Below are positions 11,865 to 24,944 of a stretch of 64,000 nucleotides of DNA, in pieces. How positions within the stretch are numbered: the stretch's first letter is position 1; every line of letters starts with the position of its first letter. Source of the DNA: Eledone cirrhosa (lineage: Eukaryota); the NCBI GenBank assembly GCA_964016885.1, contig OZ024756.1, positions 35,278,001 to 35,342,000 of the forward strand, in the 5' to 3' direction. The notes under the pieces were generated by a model, which saw nothing but the letters and a program-made list of their open reading frames with translations, made no database searches and was not told where the DNA came from. A program made the position numbers and the translations under genes.

Positions 11865-12123
11865 TTTATACGACATTGATGCATTAGAAGAAGAAAATGA
11901 ATTTGAGTCAGCCCAACCAGTATTTTACAGGTTACTTGTTGCATTCTACTATATGCTCATCTCTCGCTCAGAATTGGTTTGCTATTTTCTCGTTGTTCTC
12001 AATCAAATGATGTCTGCTAGTTTGCTCTCCATGCCACTCCCAATTATGGTCTTTCTCTGGGGAATGCTGTCCGTTCCCCGACCATCAAAGACATTTTGGA
12101 TCACCGTCATCACCTATACTGAG
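11865..12123 (+). CDS. Piezo: Piezo exon (THU8 start: …SELVCYFLVVLNQMMSASLLSMPLPIMVFLWGMLSVPRPSKTFWITVITYTE)
   Basis: cccag| acceptor, GAG|gtaaat donor; strongly conserved Piezo sequence. Confidence 0.96.
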
Positions 12124-12573
12124 GTAAATATAAAAAAAAAAAAAAAAAAAATCTTTCCTTATTCTCCTCCTCATCGTCACTGCCACCGCCGTCATCACCA
12201 CCACCACCAACCCCCCCCCCTATCACCATCACAACCACCATCTCCAGCACCACTACCACCTCACCAGCCCCAACACCATCACCATCACCAGCACCAGCAC
12301 CACTGTAAAACTGTATTTTAAAGTGTTTATATTTATATAAAAAAACCTTCCATCATCATTCTATACCAGAATATTTTGTTATGCTGTGCACCAAACACCA
12401 GATATATATATTGCGAAAGTTAAATCTTTCTAACTTGTTGATTATTTTGAAAATGATTTGAAAATCCCAAGCAGTGTCTTTCATTAGAGATATGGTAACA
12501 AGAGGGTTAAGACAGTAAGATCCGAGGTTTTCTGAGTTACTGGGATTTCAATACTTTCTTGCTTTACTTGTAG

Positions 12574-12747
12574 GCTATCGTTGTGCTGAAATATTTGTTC
12601 CAATTTACATTCTTTCCTTGGAATGATGAAATAACCAAAAATCCATTTTGGCCACCGCGAATCTTGGGTATTGAAAAACAAGATAACTACGCAAGCTATG
12701 ATCTGGCCTTGCTGTTGGTTCTTTTTATACACCGGACTATTCTAAAG
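12574..12747 (+). CDS. Piezo: Piezo exon [17 protein letters not shown]…[12 protein letters not shown]…LFIHRTILK
   Basis: tgtag| acceptor, AAG|gtatgt donor; KYLFQF.FFPWN and PPRILG.EK motifs. Confidence 0.96.
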
Positions 12748-12918
12748 GTATGTATGTGACACTTGTTATTTGGTCCTCTCATGAAGTCTATGTTGGGAAC
12801 CAACTGGCTTAGATCTAAGGTCCACATTTTTAGCTCTTTCATAACTATAAGAATATAAAGTTCTAAAGATTTTATCGATTGCTGCATTATAGTGCTGCAG
12901 TTTATATTTTGGACATAA

Positions 12919-13132
12919 TTAAACCTTTAGCATTTAAACTGGCTGTATCCAGCCAGAATTCTCTCACCTCTCTCTGTTCAAAATGACTGCAACCGGCTGC
13001 TCATACTGATGTTAAGGTATTGTTCTCGAAATCTCATAGATTCAATATTATGCAAGATAATTATGTGGGGTAAAGCTTTTACCGTGAAAATATAATTGTA
13101 AATATAGAGTAATGTAAATGCTAAAGGGTTAA
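12919..13132 (+). mobile_element. piggyBac-like MITE, same family
   Basis: TTAA flanks; TIR …AATGCTAAAGGG; internal similarity to 11083. Confidence 0.8.
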
Positions 13133-13167
13133 AGATTTTATTTAATGGCTGTTCTGCTGCATTGTAG

Positions 13168-13266
13168 CGCTATGGTTTGTGGAAAGATGCTCACGATATC
13201 ACTGCTGACCTTGTTGAAGCTGAAGGAAAAGAACTTAGTCCACCGGCATCTCCACAGTTGCCTGAT
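13168..13266 (+). CDS. Piezo: Piezo exon RYGLWKDAHDITADLVEAEGKELSPPASPQLPD
   Basis: tgtag| acceptor, GAT|gtaagt donor; completes the conserved HR..L..GLW motif. Confidence 0.92.
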
Positions 13267-13509
13267 GTAAGTTGATCACTTTTTTAGCCTTGGTCTTTCT
13301 TAACCATAGAAATACAGTTTTAAGTCCAACATTTAGCCGCTTTTATAACCATAGAAACACACATTTCTAAGTTCCACTTTTAGCCTCTTTTAAAACGATA
13401 GAAACACAGTTCTAAGTTCCACTTTTAGCCCCTTTTATAACAATAGAAACACACATTTCTAAGTTAATCATTTTTTTAGCTCCTTTCGTATGATATTATT
13501 CATTTTTTT

Positions 13510-13690
13510 TTGGCAGTATCGGAAGAGGGTCGGACGCCATGCTTTGCAGCACAGTTACGTCCCTTTACGGATTGCGTTCAAATCCCGCCGAGGTTAACTT
13601 TGCCTTTCATCCTTACGGGGTCGATAAAATAAAGTACCAGTAATACACTGGGATAATTGCTGGCCTTGTGCCAAAAGTAGAAACAATTAT
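13510..13690 (+). mobile_element. Nin/Deu-core SINE copy
   Basis: Similar to 160-350. Confidence 0.8.
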
Positions 13691-13716
13691 TCATTTTTTA
13701 AAACAATCTGTAACTA

Positions 13717-13911
13717 GTTTGCCATCAGGCAGCAAGTTTGCCACCAGGCAGCAAGTTTGCCATCAGGCAGCAAGTTTGCCATCAGGCAGCAAGTTTGCCA
13801 CCAGGCAGCAAGTTTGCCACCAGGCAGCAAGTTTGCCACCAGGCAGCAAGTTTGCCACCAGGCAGCAAGTTTGCCACCAGGCAGCAAGTTTGCCATCAGG
13901 CAGCAAGTTTG
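13717..13911. repeat. 19-bp-class tandem repeat (GGCAGCAAGTTTGCCACCA) running into a SINE head
   Basis: Tandem units followed by a SINE body at 13912-14040. Confidence 0.9.
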
Positions 13912-14300
13912 CTGTCGTTAGAACATCGGATAGAATGCTTTCATACCGGCTCTCTGAGTTCAAATCACACTGAGGTCAACTTTGCATTTCATCCTTTTGA
14001 GGTTGCTAAAAAAAGACCCAGTTTAGTACTGGGTTTGATTCTTCCTCTATATTTCACTTCCTCTCTCTCATACACTATCCTTCTCTGGAAGAAATCTGCT
14101 ATGTTCCAACCTGGAGAGGAAATGGCTTTCACCAGGTTTTGAAGAAAAATGCCCCAGAAATGCCATATGTGAGTATGGCACCCCCTACAGGAGTTAGGGG
14201 TCTATGCACACATACTAGTCCTCCCCCCATTCTGGTGTCTATTCTAATGAAATAGTGTGATTATTAGTATTTTTTAACATCCTTTCTATGTTTCTAATAG

Positions 14301-14476
14301 GATAAGAGAGCTACCTTCAAGAAGGAATATGACTTAGATGCTGGCCAGGAGACAGGGTTTGATGATGCCCCACAAAAGAAGAATATGATTGTAACACAAG
14401 CCCCAGAAGACAGCAGCCCTCAGATCACCACATTGGAACCTGATCAACCATCTGGAACAAACATACAGAAGAAAAA
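14301..14476 (+). CDS. Piezo: Piezo exon (intracellular loop DKRATFKKEYDLDAGQ…TNIQKK)
   Basis: aatag| acceptor, AA|gtaagg donor; phase 0 to 2 joins the 18921 exon in frame. Confidence 0.82.
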
Positions 14477-14657
14477 GTAAGGATCTGTTGTTATATGTTG
14501 TTGTTAATCCTTGCATGCAGTACATTTAATGAAGGGATTTGTATAAATTGATAAATTTTGTTTTGTGTTTTCTCTCTCAAGAATTGGATTGCAGAAGAGA
14601 ATGTGTAAACAAATGAATAATGCTAAATTTTGTCTGGGTTGTACGTATATGTATATA

Positions 14658-14716
<59 letters not shown>

Positions 14717-15382
14717 ATACACAGTTTATGTTCCTAGATCATCTGCGAAGAGTGAAAAAATTGCCAAGTGTTCCTAGTGGAAGGTAGCTGCAGTAGAGGA
14801 AGACTATTTGTTAACTAGTGACACAAGGCCACATTCCTTTATTATCTTACACCTGTACAAAGTCCAGGTGAAAGATAATAAAGCACACATCCACCAGCTT
14901 AAATCCATTAGCACTACTTAGAGATAGTGTTTAGCTCTACTTTCATGGTATGAAACAAATGGTAGATAATTGTTTCCTTATAAGTAAGAATTCTATAGCA
15001 GGAAATATCTCAGATTAACTGCTACCGATTGTCAATAGTTTAACCATTTAGAGTAAAATGTTCCCCCAAGAAATATGACATAGAGCTTGGAGAGGGTTTA
15101 AACTCACTGATGGTGAAGTTGTTGGAACATCGAACAAAATCTGATTCTCTACTGAAGCGGGGATCACTGACAGTCCTTTTTCTTTTTGATTAGGCAATAA
15201 AATAGTGTTGAATATCTATAATAATGATGATGATGAATTTCCAGATAAATAACTTAAGAAAACTTCAATTTAATAAGGATTCAATAAAGCCTTGCTTTGA
15301 TTACTGTTGACCTGAAAAGGTCATTGCATGTTGTTGCTTCTTTCTTTCTTTGTGCTATATCTTCTTTGTTCTTGCTCTTCAG

Positions 15383-15406
15383 TATTATGATGGTATTTCA
15401 GACAAG
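15383..15406 (+). CDS. Piezo: Candidate 24-nt microexon (N)IMMVFQT(R)
   Basis: About 50-nt pyrimidine tract ending cttcag|, AAG|gtaaga donor, symmetric phase 2-2, no stop. Confidence 0.45.
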
Positions 15407-15439
15407 GTAAGATACTTTGCTGTGTCTGGTGTTGACAAT

Positions 15440-15835
15440 CCTTGGTCTCCCTCGTCTCCCTCCACCACACTTCCTGTATTGGTAATCCTTGGTCTCCCTC
15501 ATTCTCCCACTTCCTGTATTGGTACTCCTTGGTCTCCCTCATCTCCCCCACTACACCCCCACCACACCACCACTTCCTCCTCCACTTCCTGTATTGGTAC
15601 TCCTTGGTCTCCCTCATCTCCCCCACTACACCCCCACCACACCACCACTTCCTCCTCCACTTCCTGTATTGGTACTCCTTGGTCTCCCTCATCTCCCCCA
15701 CTACACCCCCCACCACTTCCTCCTCCACTTCCTGTATTGGTAATCCTTGGACTCCCTCATCTCTTGCACTACATCCCCCACCACACCACCACTCCCCCCA
15801 CACACTGCCTGTGTTGGTAATCCTTGGTCTCCCAT
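15440..15835. repeat. About 72-bp C-rich minisatellite
   Basis: Repeated CTTCCTGTATTGGTACTCCTTGGTCTCCCTCATCTCCCC. Confidence 0.9.
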
Positions 15836-16024
15836 GGTTGTTGGGGTTCATCCCAGGATCTCGTGCTTCACCCCCCAACCACATACTACACTCCACCCCC
15901 TCTCCCCACCTCTACCAACCAACTACTGTCCAACGCCCCCCCCCCCCCCCTCACACTTGCTAATTAATATAAATAAACTGTACCCAGGCTAACATAACTG
16001 TGTAGCTAGAGATAGACTGTGGAT

Positions 16025-16969
16025 AGATTGACTGACGGGCCTTACTGACGGAAAGATTAGATTGACTGACAGACTTGGCTGATGGACTAGATTAGATTGA
16101 CTGACAGACTTGACTGATGGACTAGATTAGATTGACTGACAGACTTGACTGATGGACTAGATTAGATTGACTGACAGACTTGGGTGATGGACTAGATTAG
16201 ATTGACTGACAGACTTGGCTGATGGACTAGATTAGATTGACTGACAGGCCTTACTGATGGAAAGATTAGATTGACTGACACTTGGCTGATGGACTAGATT
16301 AGATTGACTGACAGACTTGACTGCTGGACTAGATTAGATTGACTGACAGACTTGACTGATGGACTAGATTAGATTGACTGACAGACTTGGGTGATGGACT
16401 AGATTAGATTGACTGACAGAAAGATTAGATTGACTGACCGACTTGGCTGATGGACTAGATTAGATTGACTGACAGGCCTTACTGACGGAAAGATTAGATT
16501 GACTGACACTTGGCTGATGGACTAGATTAGATTGACTGACAGACTTGACTGCTGGACTAGATTAGATTGACTGACAGACTTGACTGACAGAAAGACTAGA
16601 TTGACTGGCAGACCTGACTGACTAGACTGATAAACAAATTGGTACAATACAGTTTGGAAGAGTGGTTTGGAATAATACAAATAGTTTGGAAGAGTGGTTT
16701 GGAATAATACAAATAGTTTGGAAGAGTGGTTTGGAATAATACAAATAGTTTGGAAGAGTGGTTTGGAATAATACAAATAGTTTGGAAGAGTGGTTTGGAA
16801 TAATACAAATAGTTTGGAAGAGTGGTTTGGAATAATACAAATAGTTTGGAAGAGTGGTTTGGTATAATACAAATAGTTTGGAAGAATGGTTTGGTGTAAT
16901 ACAAATAGTTTGGAAGAGTGGTTTGGTGTAATACAAATAGTTTGGAAGAGTGGTTTGGTGTAATACAAA
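16025..16969. repeat. Two adjacent minisatellites (35-bp unit to about 16630; 32-bp unit 16643-16969)
   Basis: Units GATGGACTAGATTAGATTGACTGACAGACTTGACT and TTTGGAAGAGTGGTTTGGAATAATACAAATAG. Confidence 0.93.
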
Positions 16970-17594
16970 TGATCAGGAAAACCACTGTTTCCTTTCTGTC
17001 TACTAATTCCAATACCTTGACGCCACCTCTACTCTCACCACTACTGCCAATACATCAACACCCTCTCTAATACCCTAACACCCCCCTCTACTCCTCCACG
17101 GCTCTCCACCTTTCTTGCTAAATCAGTAGCTAGATTACTTTTTTTTCTTCTCTAGAATTTTCCATTTATACAAATTAATGTTGGTGATAAATTTGATTTA
17201 TTTTGTGTTATTTTTACTCCAGCGTAACTGTTAATCTCTCTTGAGTGGTGCTGTGTTGATTGTTGTAACAAAATGGATTGACTATCAATCTCCATGTTGA
17301 TTCACTTCGCCCCATTTCACTGATTCATTTTTCACAAATTTGAACACCCGGTCCCATTTCTCCTATTATAAATATTTGGTTTCACATCACCTACAAGAGT
17401 TATCTTCCTGTTGCATCATCCCAATCATTATCACCACTCCATGTTGAAACAAGGGAAATCTATAAAAAAAAAGAAGAAACATGACAGTGGTAGGCTTCAA
17501 CCAATAATCATGGGGTCAGGTATCCAACATCACACAATCCTTGTTGTAAATTCTTCTCCTAATTGTATGCATTTATGAAACCTCTCTTTTTCTT

Positions 17595-17665
<71 letters not shown>

Positions 17666-17749
17666 TATATAAAATAGTCTTTGTATATCTGTATATTTTT
17701 GTGAGGCTACATATATATAAATATATATATATATATATATGTATATATA

Positions 17750-18090
17750 TGGAGGCACATGGCTTAGTGGTTAGAGCATTGGCTTTGCAATCGAAAGGTT
17801 GTGAGTTCAATTCTCAGACTGGGTGATGTGTTGTTTCCTTGAGCAAGACACTTTATTTCACATTGCTCCAGTTTACTCAGCTGTAGAAATGAGATGATAG
17901 GGACTGGGGTCCATATCATACCACTGCAAAGTGGTCGTGGAGGTGCCACGGCAAAAAAGCACCCAGCACTCACTGTAAATGAGGTTGGTGTTAGGAAGGG
18001 CATCCAGCTGTAGAAATCAAGCCAGCATCAGTTCCCGTCCCACCCTTGCAAGCAGGGAAAAAGCGGACGTAAAATGAAATGATGAAATGA
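17750..18090 (+). mobile_element. tRNA-head SINE (second family), flanked by (TA)n
   Basis: A box TGGCTTAGTGG, B box GAGTTCAATTC, core TCCTTGAGCAAGACACTTTATTTC; near-identical copy at 60724-61160. Confidence 0.8.
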
Positions 18091-18594
18091 TATATATATA
18101 TATATATGAAAAGTATAGAAATTATTGTAGCAAGAAGCCAACAGTATTCCATAATATATAAGTGACTATAGCGTCAAAATGGAAAAATAGTTAATGTAAG
18201 ATGTGGGAAAATAATTCATATATATATATATATACTTACATGGACCCTCAGATTTGTTGGATTCTTACATTGGATTTTCACCCTGGAAATGGATTTTTAC
18301 CCAGACTCTAGTTGAACTTCTACTTGGATATCTGGATACCTGGATTTTCTTATAGCTTTATATATATATACATTATATATATATATATATACATTATATA
18401 TATATATATATACATTATGTATTTATTAAAATAACAGATTAAAGTTTAAGCAAAGAATCGCTAAGGGTGAAAGTTGCGATTCTTTGCTTAAACTTTAAAA
18501 TATTTGCTCTAGGGATCTTATATATTTGATATATATTTATCCTTATCGAGCCCTCTTTGGATTTTAGTCTTTGCATTTATTATTATTACTATAT

Positions 18595-18760
18595 ATGGTG
18601 GATTGGCAGTATCGGTAGAGTCGGACGCCATGCTTTCCAGCGTAGTTACGGCCCTTTACGTCGAGGTTAACTTTGTCTTTCATCCTTACGGGATCGATAA
18701 AATAAAGTACCAGTAATGTACTGGGTAACTGCTGGCCTTGTGCCAAAAGTAGAAACAATT
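18595..18760 (+). mobile_element. Nin/Deu-core SINE copy
   Basis: Similar to 160-350. Confidence 0.75.
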
Positions 18761-18920
18761 GTATTAACACATTATATATATATATATATACATACACACA
18801 CGCATACATTTTATATATACATTATATATATATATATATATATACACATATATACACACACATACATTTTATATATACATTATATATATACATATAAAAT
18901 ATTGGTTGTTTCTATTTCAG

Positions 18921-19074
18921 GATTGTGTCATGTCTCAGACCATTCCAGAACTTCTATCGCCAGATGGTCAGTTCTGCCTACAATGCCGTTGTTGATGTTT
19001 ACGCACCAATGTTTGTCTGTGACTTTCTGGCCTTTCTCATTGTAGTTTTTGGCTACTGGGCCTTTGGACCTGTT
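18921..19074 (+). CDS. Piezo: Piezo exon IVSCLRPFQNFYRQM…DVYAPMFVCDFLAFLIVVFGYWAFGPV (THU9)
   Basis: tttcag| acceptor, GTT|gtaagt donor; DVY..MF..DF…FG.WAFG motif. Confidence 0.95.
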
Positions 19075-19884
19075 GTAAGTAACACATCCCTTTCTTTGTC
19101 ACACTTTAACTACCCACCTCTTGACCTACTGTTGTAACACTCCTTTCCCTGTCACACCATAACTACCCATCTTTTTGTCCCTTTTTTGTGGCTACTCTAC
19201 CAAATCTCTCTACCAGCAAAGAGGGAGCGAGGACATTTGAACCAGTTGGTAAGGGACTACGATATTGAGGGGAGGAAGTAAAACCCTTCAATGTCTTATT
19301 TTATTATTCTGTTACATGTAACTGTATCACACACTACATGTTCATGTGTGTAACCCATACCTGAATCATATGTTACATGTAAACACATCTCATACATTTC
19401 ATGTATATACCTGTAACCTTTACGCAGATCATGTATTTAGCGCTGTTTACTAAAATACTTAATGAAGAGTTTGAAATGGAGCCTACATCTGGTCTGAGTC
19501 TATTACCAATTCTAAGGGACCTACATTTTACATCTGGTTTGAGTCTATTACCAATTCTAAGGGACCTACATTTTACATCTGGCCTGGGTCTATTTCCAAT
19601 TCTAAGGAACCTACATTTTACATCTCTTCTGGGTCTACTGCATAAAAAAGAAGTAGTGAATAAGTAGATTGCTACAATTTCAAATGAGGTAACGGTGTTG
19701 ATATGCAAGGGAAGTAACTGTGATAAGTTACAAGGGAGGTGATTCTGTATCATTTTCTTCATGACTGAGGTGAGGTTATCCCCATCTCCACCACTAAATG
19801 TTTTGTCCCATGCTGTCCTTAATGTTTTCTTAATGTAAACTCTTTGTGGTTAATAAAGAAATCATTATCATCATTATTATTGTG

Positions 19885-20070
19885 CGGTAGGTGGCAGAAT
19901 CGGTAGAGCATCGGACAACATGCTTTGTGGCATGGAGTTTCGGCCCTTTACGTCCCGAGTTCAAATTCCACCGAGATTAACTTTACCTTTCATCCTTGGT
20001 CGATAAAATAAAGTACCAGTAATGCACTGTGGTAATTGCTGGCCTTGTGCCAAAAGTAGAAACAATTATT
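19885..20070 (+). mobile_element. Nin/Deu-core SINE copy
   Basis: Similar to 160-350. Confidence 0.75.
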
Positions 20071-20139
20071 ACCATTATTAGAAGTCGTATTGTGTTTATT
20101 GTCTGGTTGATGTTGACATTATCTTCTGTAATTTGACAG

Positions 20140-20184
20140 CAATCTGGTGAAGGGAATGTCACAACATATCTTGAAGAAAATCGA
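20140..20184 (+). CDS. Piezo: Piezo exon QSGEGNVTTYLEENR
   Basis: gacag| acceptor, CGA|gtaagt donor; precedes VP.PFL. Confidence 0.9.
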
Positions 20185-20427
20185 GTAAGTGATACAGTAA
20201 CATACTTTTTCCTATTTTCCTATTATATTATAAACACAGTCATAGATAGGTAGAATGTTTGTCTAGCACTAGTTAAAGTACACACTTCACCATATGTGTG
20301 TATACACACACATACAACCATATATATACTGTATATATATATATATATATATTACACACACAGTGATATATATATATATATATATATATTACACACACAG
20401 TGATATATTTATATGTATATATATATG

Positions 20428-20463
<36 letters not shown>

Positions 20464-20521
20464 CACACACAGTGATATATATATATATTACACACACACA
20501 GTGATATATATATATATATAT

Positions 20522-20609
20522 ATATCTGAGGATCTTTTGATTCCAGAGTCAGGTTCGATCAATAATAGATCGTTCCTCGAGCTGATCGACAGTGAAACAT
20601 ATGTAATGT
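20522..20609 (+). ncRNA. Hammerhead-like motif with long stem II inside a (TA)n-embedded repeat
   Basis: ATAT-CTGAGGA-[about 60 nt]-GAAAC-atat-GTA-ATGT; palindromic stem III (CATATG); paralog at 30556. Confidence 0.4.
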
Positions 20610-20654
20610 TATTAAATATGTTAAGATGCAACACTGATTCTTTGTTCCTTTATT

Positions 20655-20704
<50 letters not shown>

Positions 20705-20889
20705 ATCTATCTCTACATCTCACTATGTGTGTGGAATATATATAGATATGTATGTATACATATATAATCTCCAGTAATTTTTTTTCTCTTGCTTTATTAC
20801 CTAATTTGGAGGAAAGCAAGAAGTAAATGTAATTTGGAAATTGTGCAAAATGACCAAATATTAACAATTCTCCTCTCTCTTTCCTGTAG

Positions 20890-21056
20890 GTTCCAATCCC
20901 ATTCCTTGTGATGTTAGTTGTCCAGTTTATGTTCATCATCATTGACCGAGCCTTATTTCTTCGGAAATTTGTTCAGGGAAAGCTTATCTTCCAAATCTCT
21001 CTTGTTATAATTGTCCATGTCTGGCTCTTCTTCCTCTTACCTGCAATTACAAATAG
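20890..21056 (+). CDS. Piezo: Piezo exon [26 protein letters not shown]…[14 protein letters not shown]
   Basis: tgtag| acceptor, AG|gtgaga donor; IDRAL.LRK motif. Confidence 0.96.
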
Positions 21057-21157
21057 GTGAGATTATTATTTAAAAAAAAAAAAAAAAATTATTTCCTTTC
21101 TGTTCTACTCTTATTGTTTGTCTTTGTTGTCAACTTCTTTTTATTAGTAGTCATTGG

Positions 21158-21220
21158 AGCAGTTATTCCCAAGGGTTCCGCAAAGGAGTCTCTGGGGTTC
21201 TGTGAAAAAAAAGTAGAGGA

Positions 21221-21256
<36 letters not shown>

Positions 21257-21343
21257 CCATATAACAGTATTTGACTTCGGGGTTCCCCCAAAAGTTTCTG
21301 AACCAAAAAGGGTTCTGTGTTTGAAAAAGTTTGGGAAACCCTG
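21158..21343. mobile_element. hAT-like MITE remnant
   Basis: CAGTTATTCCCAA … TTGGGAAACCCTG imperfect TIRs. Confidence 0.45.
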
Positions 21344-21689
21344 CATTAGAGTACGACATTTCTTCAAGCTCTGTGGTGCTCAGTTCAAATTACATTAATG
21401 CCAACAGGGTCTATTGGTGGATTGTCGGAATTGTTAGAGCATCGGGCAAGATATCTCTGCAGTATTTCTGCTGGCTCTTTGAAATTCTACTGTGGCCTAC
21501 ATGTGTTGTAGATTTTAATCTATCACATGGTTTAAACCGCCCCCATCCCCCCACCTGGCTTGTGGACACCTTTAGCAGACTTCACTCTATTGCAACCACT
21601 GCTTTGTGGATACCTTCGTCTTTTCTTCCTACCATTATCGGAGGCCCCTGTTAAATGGGTCATGAATGCTACCTCCCTACTCCCCTGAA

Positions 21690-21965
21690 TAAAACAGTAA
21701 AGAAAATGACATGTAGATAGGAATGTCTCAGGAAAGAATCTCTGGACAGATTTTATGGCAAAACCCACCAGCAGGAGACCCAGGGGTAGACCTCGAGCAA
21801 GATGGTTGGATAACATTCATGAGCTTGTCTGGTCACGCTTGTGGATCCAGCCATATCAGTTGGAGACAGTTGCTTAGCTTATGTCAGGACCCACTGGAAG
21901 GAGTGTTTGAGGACTCGGGGGCCCCCATGACCCTCAGGAATAAGTGGGAGAAAAGAAGAAAATGA
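21690..21965 (+). mobile_element. RTE-type LINE 3' fragment
   Basis: One frame reads HVDRNVSGKNLWTDFMAKPTSRRPRGRPRARWLDNI, typical of the RTE ORF C-terminus. Confidence 0.6.
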
Positions 21966-22042
21966 CCTCTACTTCCTGTTTTACCTAATTTCTATGAAAT
22001 AAATTCTAATGTTTTCTTTTCTCTACTTTACCTAATTTTCAG

Positions 22043-22201
22043 AATGTTTATTAACAACATTCCAGCAATGTTGTGGTACTTTGTCAAGTGCATCTATTTT
22101 GCACTGTCTGCACATCAAATTCGTTCAGGTTACCCAACCAGAATTCTTGGAAATTTCTTGACAAAGAAATATTCCTACCTCAATTTGATCCTCTTTAAAG
22201 G
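22043..22201 (+). CDS. Piezo: Piezo exon MFINNIPAMLWYFVKCIYFALSAHQIRSGYPTRILGNFLTKKYSYLNLILFKG
   Basis: tttcag| acceptor, GG|gtaaga donor; LWYFVKCIYFALSA.QIR.GYPTRILGNFLTK. Confidence 0.97.
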
Positions 22202-22741
22202 GTAAGAACATTTTAAAACAACTTTCCACTAATTCTTTTTGTCTACATTTAGATTCTTTTGTCTACATCTAGAACCACTTGTTTTCAACCTTAAACCACT
22301 CGAATACATTTGACACAAAACTGTTTGAAACTGTTCTGCTTTTGTGTGGTGTAAATTGCTTTTATCAGGATCGTTATGGTCACTGAATTTGCTAGAAATA
22401 GTAGCCAAATAATTCCTCAAATCACATTGTTTTAAAAAGAAAAGATACATAAGATAATGTAGTACTAGATACCCATAATAAAACAGGATGGTCATATTTT
22501 GAACGTCTTGTATCATAAGTTTGATCTTGCAAATTTAACCTGATCTTACAAATTTAACCTAGTACTAACCAAAAACAATTTTGGAATTCAAGGGAGATTA
22601 CTCTTTCTTATACATCATGATATTGAATTAGTATATAGAGGAGAGATTACTCTTTCATATGATTTACCATATGAAATGTTAAGAGAAATACAGTGAGAGA
22701 CTGTGAAAAAGACAGATAGATATCACCTTAGTAACTAACTA

Positions 22742-22781
<40 letters not shown>

Positions 22782-22995
22782 AGAAACTAGTACATCGTTG
22801 CTTTGTCAGTGTTGAACAAAAGGGCAACGATGGTTGCTAGACACTACGGCTTAATTCGGGATGTTTGTTTACAAACAAACCGAGCATTATAATAAATGTT
22901 CGGTGAATCCATACGTACATATATATATATATGTGTGTATGTATATATACATACTACTGTACGTCTGTATACATATATGTATGTACGTATACATA

Positions 22996-23032
<37 letters not shown>

Positions 23033-23266
23033 TCTCTACTCTTTATATATCATCTCTACTCTTTATATATCATCATATATATATATAATCTCTACTCTTT
23101 TAGATAATAATGTTTATTGGTCATCACTTTACCATTTACACTGCATCTGCTACCACCATCACCTCTCCCTCTGTACCATCTGTACTACCACCTATACTAT
23201 CTCTACTACTTCTACCACCATTGCTTTCCTAACAACAACCACAGTAATCTATGTTCATTTTCTCAG

Positions 23267-23414
23267 GTTCCTTGCCATTCCATTCCTGTTGGAACTTCGT
23301 GCCCTGATGGACTGGATGTGGACTGACACGACCCTAGCCTTGGGCAGCTGGCTCCAAATGGAAGACATCTACGCCAATATATTTGTACTAAAATGTTGGC
23401 GTCATGCTGAAGCA
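23267..23414 (+). CDS. Piezo: Piezo exon (anchor domain, PFEW motif: FLAIPFLLELRALMDWMWTDTTLALGSWLQMEDIYANIFVLKC)
   Basis: tctcag| acceptor, GCA|gtaagt donor; PF(x2)E(x6)W Piezo signature. Confidence 0.97.
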
Positions 23415-23843
23415 GTAAGTACTCCTCCTCTTCCTCACCCTCTGTTCAAACAAGTTGAAACCTGCCACTCATACTGAAGTTAAGGTATTGTTCTCAAAAT
23501 AAATGATATCAAAATCTCATGGATTCGATATTATGTAAGATAATTATGTGAGGTAAGGCCTTTACTGTGAAAATACAATAGTATATATAGAGTAATGTAA
23601 ATGTTAAAGGGTTAATAATGAGAATGTTAATTGTTACTAAATCCCTCAAAATGATTTGAAAATCCTAGGAGTCTTTCATTAGAGATATGATAATGAAAGA
23701 GTTAACATTTTATATCCCTTTGATCTTGATAGTATCAGAATCAGGATTAATTCTCTATGTTGATTGAATATATGCATTTTGTCATCATTTTTACACCTGT
23801 ATTTACTTCGTATTTACCTGTATTTACTTCGTATTTACTTCGT

Positions 23844-24185
23844 CTTCGCCTGAATCTTCGACCCCTTCCTTCAGTGCTTCTGCAACGGCGCTTGAGATGG
23901 TTTGGGCATGCAGCCCGGCGCCCTGAGGGTGAGCTGATCTGTGATGTTCTCGTCCCACCTACACTCCCTAACTGGCGCAATCGCGTTGTCGGGCAGCTGA
24001 AGACCTGGGCAACGACAATCAAGGAGGACCTCTCCAAACTCTCAGGTTCGCAGGTGGTCGGCCTGCGCCGATGGAATCGTGACTGGCTCGCTATCTCGTC
24101 GTCCGTGGGCTGCCATGGTTCAGGATGTCGTCAGGACAAGGGAAGAAGCCGGCTCAACCCGTCCAGGGTGACTGTCGACACAACA
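23844..24185 (+). mobile_element. 5'-truncated RTE-type LINE fragment inserted in a 62-bp minisatellite
   Basis: SVLLQRRLRWFGHAARRPEGELICDVL…KTWATTIKEDL; TGTATTTACT on both sides; 62-bp units continue to about 24460. Confidence 0.8.
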
Positions 24186-24734
24186 CTTGTATTTACTACA
24201 AAACACCTCTGTTGATTGAATATATGGATTTTGTCATTATTTTTACACCTGTATTTACTACAAAACACCTATGTTGATTGAATATATGAATTTTGTCATC
24301 ATTTTTACACCTGTATTTACTACAAAACACCTATCTTGATTGAATATATGAATTTTGTCATTATTTTTACACCTGTATTTACTACAAAACACCTATCTTG
24401 ATTGAATATATGAATTTTGTCATTATTTTTACACCTGTATTTACTACAAAACACCTGTCTGCAGCATATTAAAAGTTAAATTTAAAAAAAAAAACTCTAT
24501 TATTTCAAATGTTCATAATTTGCCTTTAGAAAGGGCAGCTGGTTATAGGAACACTGCCTCAAATAAATCTCATTGAACCCATGGGAGAAAGTGGATACAA
24601 AAGAAGTGGTGGTGATTGTGGGGGGTGGGGTGGGAGCAGTGATAATGGAGATGGTGTTGGTTGTGATTGAGGGGGGTGGGGTGATAATCGTGATGGTGGT
24701 GATTGGGGTGAGTGGGGATGCTAGTGGTGGTGGT

Positions 24735-24771
<37 letters not shown>

Positions 24772-24944
24772 GTGGGGGGGTGGGGGTGGGGGGTGATAAT
24801 GGAGATGGTGGTGGTGATTGTGTGTGGGGTTGATAATGGTGATGGTGGTGGGCATTGGAGTGGATGAGGGTGGGTCATATGATGGTGATGAAGGTGGTGC
24901 TGGTGATGATGATGATGCTGAACTCAGTTGTTGTTACCTTCCAG

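Noticed and set aside
17750-17825. tRNA gene candidates (also 60724 and other SINE heads)
   Set aside because: A/B boxes continue into SINE cores and the cloverleaf is incomplete; these are tRNA-derived SINE heads.
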